Shown in pieces: positions 61,882 to 64,000 of a stretch of 64,000 nucleotides of DNA. Positions within the stretch are counted from its first letter, which is position 1, and the number at the start of each line of letters is the position of its first letter. The position numbers and the translations under genes are program-made. The notes under the pieces were generated by a model. It saw nothing but the letters and a program-made list of their open reading frames with translations. It did not search any database and was not told the DNA's origin. The stretch is from the human T2T-CHM13v2.0 reference genome, Homo sapiens. The DNA is taken from the NCBI RefSeq assembly GCF_009914755.1, contig NC_060929.1; one strand, 5' to 3'.

Positions 61882-64000
61882 GGCGGGGAGAGCAAGGTGG
61901 CTGTCTAGATAGAGCCAGGTGGAACAGCTCTCATGGAGGGATTGAAACAATTGGCATCCTCCTAACAGATCTTTAGAGGAAAGACACCAGGAGTAGACAG
62001 AGGGAAGACACAGAAGCTGGGCTGAAGGGGAAGAAAGCTGGGAACCCTGAATGGAACTACCATGCACTGGGACTCATTCCTGACCCACAATGGCTCTGGG
62101 GGAATAGATGGGTTGAACTGGGAAGGAGAAACCCGCTCTCACCATGGGCCTCTGGAACCCTAGTAGGAGACACCTTGACCACCATGGACACTTGAGTTGG
62201 CAGGGAGAGCTGCTTAGAGAAGTGGTAGGGGCAGCAAGTCAGCTGATGTGGAGCCCAGAGGGTTTGGTGCCGGAATGTCTATAGCAGAGCACAGCCAGGG
62301 ATAGCCATCTGCCTAGGCTCAACTTGCTCCCATAGGAGACTTTAGCCCTTAGGGAACTGTCAGACCTGATCTCTGCAGGATGCTCTTGCCCATCAGAAGA
62401 TGCTGGTCTGACCTGAGTACCTATTGGTCTGTTGGCCTCTCCCAGGGCCCCAGCCTGACCACACCTGCTTTAATGGCAGCCTTGGGTGTCCTGGGGACCT
62501 GCACCATAGCTTCTATGCTGGTGGACCATGCCTAACCAGCAAAGATCTCCAGAAGGGTGGCCCTATGGCCATGCACCAAACTGCCCTCTCCCTCCCCATA
62601 CTGCAGCTTTTCCCAGGGCCTCGAAAACTCTCCACATCACTTTTCTGGCACCTGTCTGCACAGGCAGGTCTTGCTTTCCTTGCCCTGCCAGTGTGGGAGT
62701 GCACCTCACCCCTCTTCCCCTGCTGATCGCCTTTGCAAACAGAGCCTTGGCAGGCACAGAGCCATCCAGCCCCACCCCGACCAGTGTCCCACAGTTGCAC
62801 TAATGCTGTGCAGAGAACAGCAGATCCTACCCTGCCCTGAGTGATCACTCCTGCTTGCAGGGCACAGAGAAGGCACCCAGACCTGTGTCCGCCAGTGCCC
62901 TCCTCCCGAGCAAACACCAACTCCAGTGAGACTGTGTTCAAAATTGCCAGCAGGGACTCCCCACACCCCCTACAGCTGCATTGCCTTTGCCTCTGTGGTG
63001 AACACCTGCAGGGAAGCAGGCACCCTGGGAACTGGTAGCACTCTGTTGCAGCTGCCATACCTCAGCCCCACAGTACAGTGGATTCCTAATCTCAAGGAGC
63101 CAGAGAACAAAGTTGGGGCCCAATACAAGCTCCCCAAAGTTAGAGCATGCAGTACGGGAGTTGAAAGCTGAGTGTTGGCTCCCTAAAATCCTCTAGAAAC
63201 CAAGCCAGTCAGCTGAATCCACCTTAAATCAAAATCAAACCCTCAAGGTCATAGGATAAAAGAAAAAGAAACCCACCCAAAGGTCGGCAACCTCAAAGAT
63301 TGAAGGTAGATAAGCCCACAAAGATGAGAAAGAATCACCACAAGAGCCCTGAAAACTCAAAAAGCCAGAGTACCTTCTTTCCTCCAAACAACCACATCCC
63401 TTCTAAAGCAAAGGTTCTGAACCAGGCTGAGATGGCTGAAATGACAGAAACAGAATTCATAATATGGATAGGAGTAAAGATCATTGAGCTACACGACTAC
63501 ATTGAAATCCAATCCAAGGAAACTAAAAATCATGCTAAAACAATGCAGGAGCTGACAGACAAAATATCTAGTATAGAAAAGAACATAACCAACATAATAC
63601 AGCTGGAAAACACACTATAAGAATTTCATAATGCAATCACAAGTATTAAGAGCAGAATAGACCACGCAGAGGAAAGATTATCAGTGCCTGAAGACTGGCT
63701 TTCTGAAATAAGATAGTCAGATGAGAATAGAGAAAAAAGAATAAAAAGAAACAAAACCTCAGAGAAATAATAAATTATATAAAGAGACTGAATCTATGAC
63801 TCATTGGTGTCCTTGAAAGAGATAGAGAAAATGGTACTAACTTGGAAAACATATTTCAGGATATCATTCATGAGAACTTCCCCAACCTAGCTAGAGAAGC
63901 CAAGATTCAAATTCAGGAAATGCAGAGTACCCTAGTAAGATACTTCACAAGATCATCCCCAAGACACATAATCGTCAGATTCTCCAAGGATGAAATAAGA
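61882..64000 (+). mobile_element. Older L1PA (L1PA12-16; PA13-like) 5'UTR and ORF1, cut by window edge
   Basis: About 1.4-kb GC-rich 5'UTR starting ggggagagcaag; ORF1 ATG at 63324 (MRKNHHKSPENSKSQS) with premature stops; gagaacttccccaacctagc. Confidence 0.9.

Noticed and set aside
62513-63058. 181-aa minus-strand ORF and overlapping ORFs
   Set aside because: Inside a GC-rich L1 5'UTR where stop codons are scarce; no recognisable protein.

Overview
Repeat-rich primate (catarrhine, probably human or ape) non-coding DNA. I found no host protein-coding exon, RNA gene, CpG island, CRISPR array or prokaryote-type system. Nearly all long ORFs in the track come from L1 elements, Alus or simple repeats. 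The window holds a 5'-truncated L1PA5/6-like element (1492-6095) nested in an MST/MLT1A-type LTR, which is itself nested in an old L1MC. It also holds a full-length but dead L1PA6-like element (42468-49035) with an AluY in ORF2, the 5' end of an older L1PA13-like element running off the right edge, about 25 Alu/FLAM copies, several MaLR/ERVL LTRs, hAT and Tc1-mariner MITEs, and many L2/MIR relics. The most notable observation is that the two L1PA copies, about 36 kb apart and in the same orientation, differ at sites I recall as subfamily-diagnostic yet share about ten unusual substitutions across ORF1 and ORF2. This suggests ectopic gene conversion or an unrecognised sub-lineage. Other leads are a dense STAT/ETS/AP-1/TEAD/E-box/RUNX motif cluster near 12.0 kb, a repeat-free A24-T13-T30 fold-back next to it, and a triplicated Alu target site. 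Subfamily names come from recalled consensus sequences, not a database search, and boundaries of old elements are approximate.
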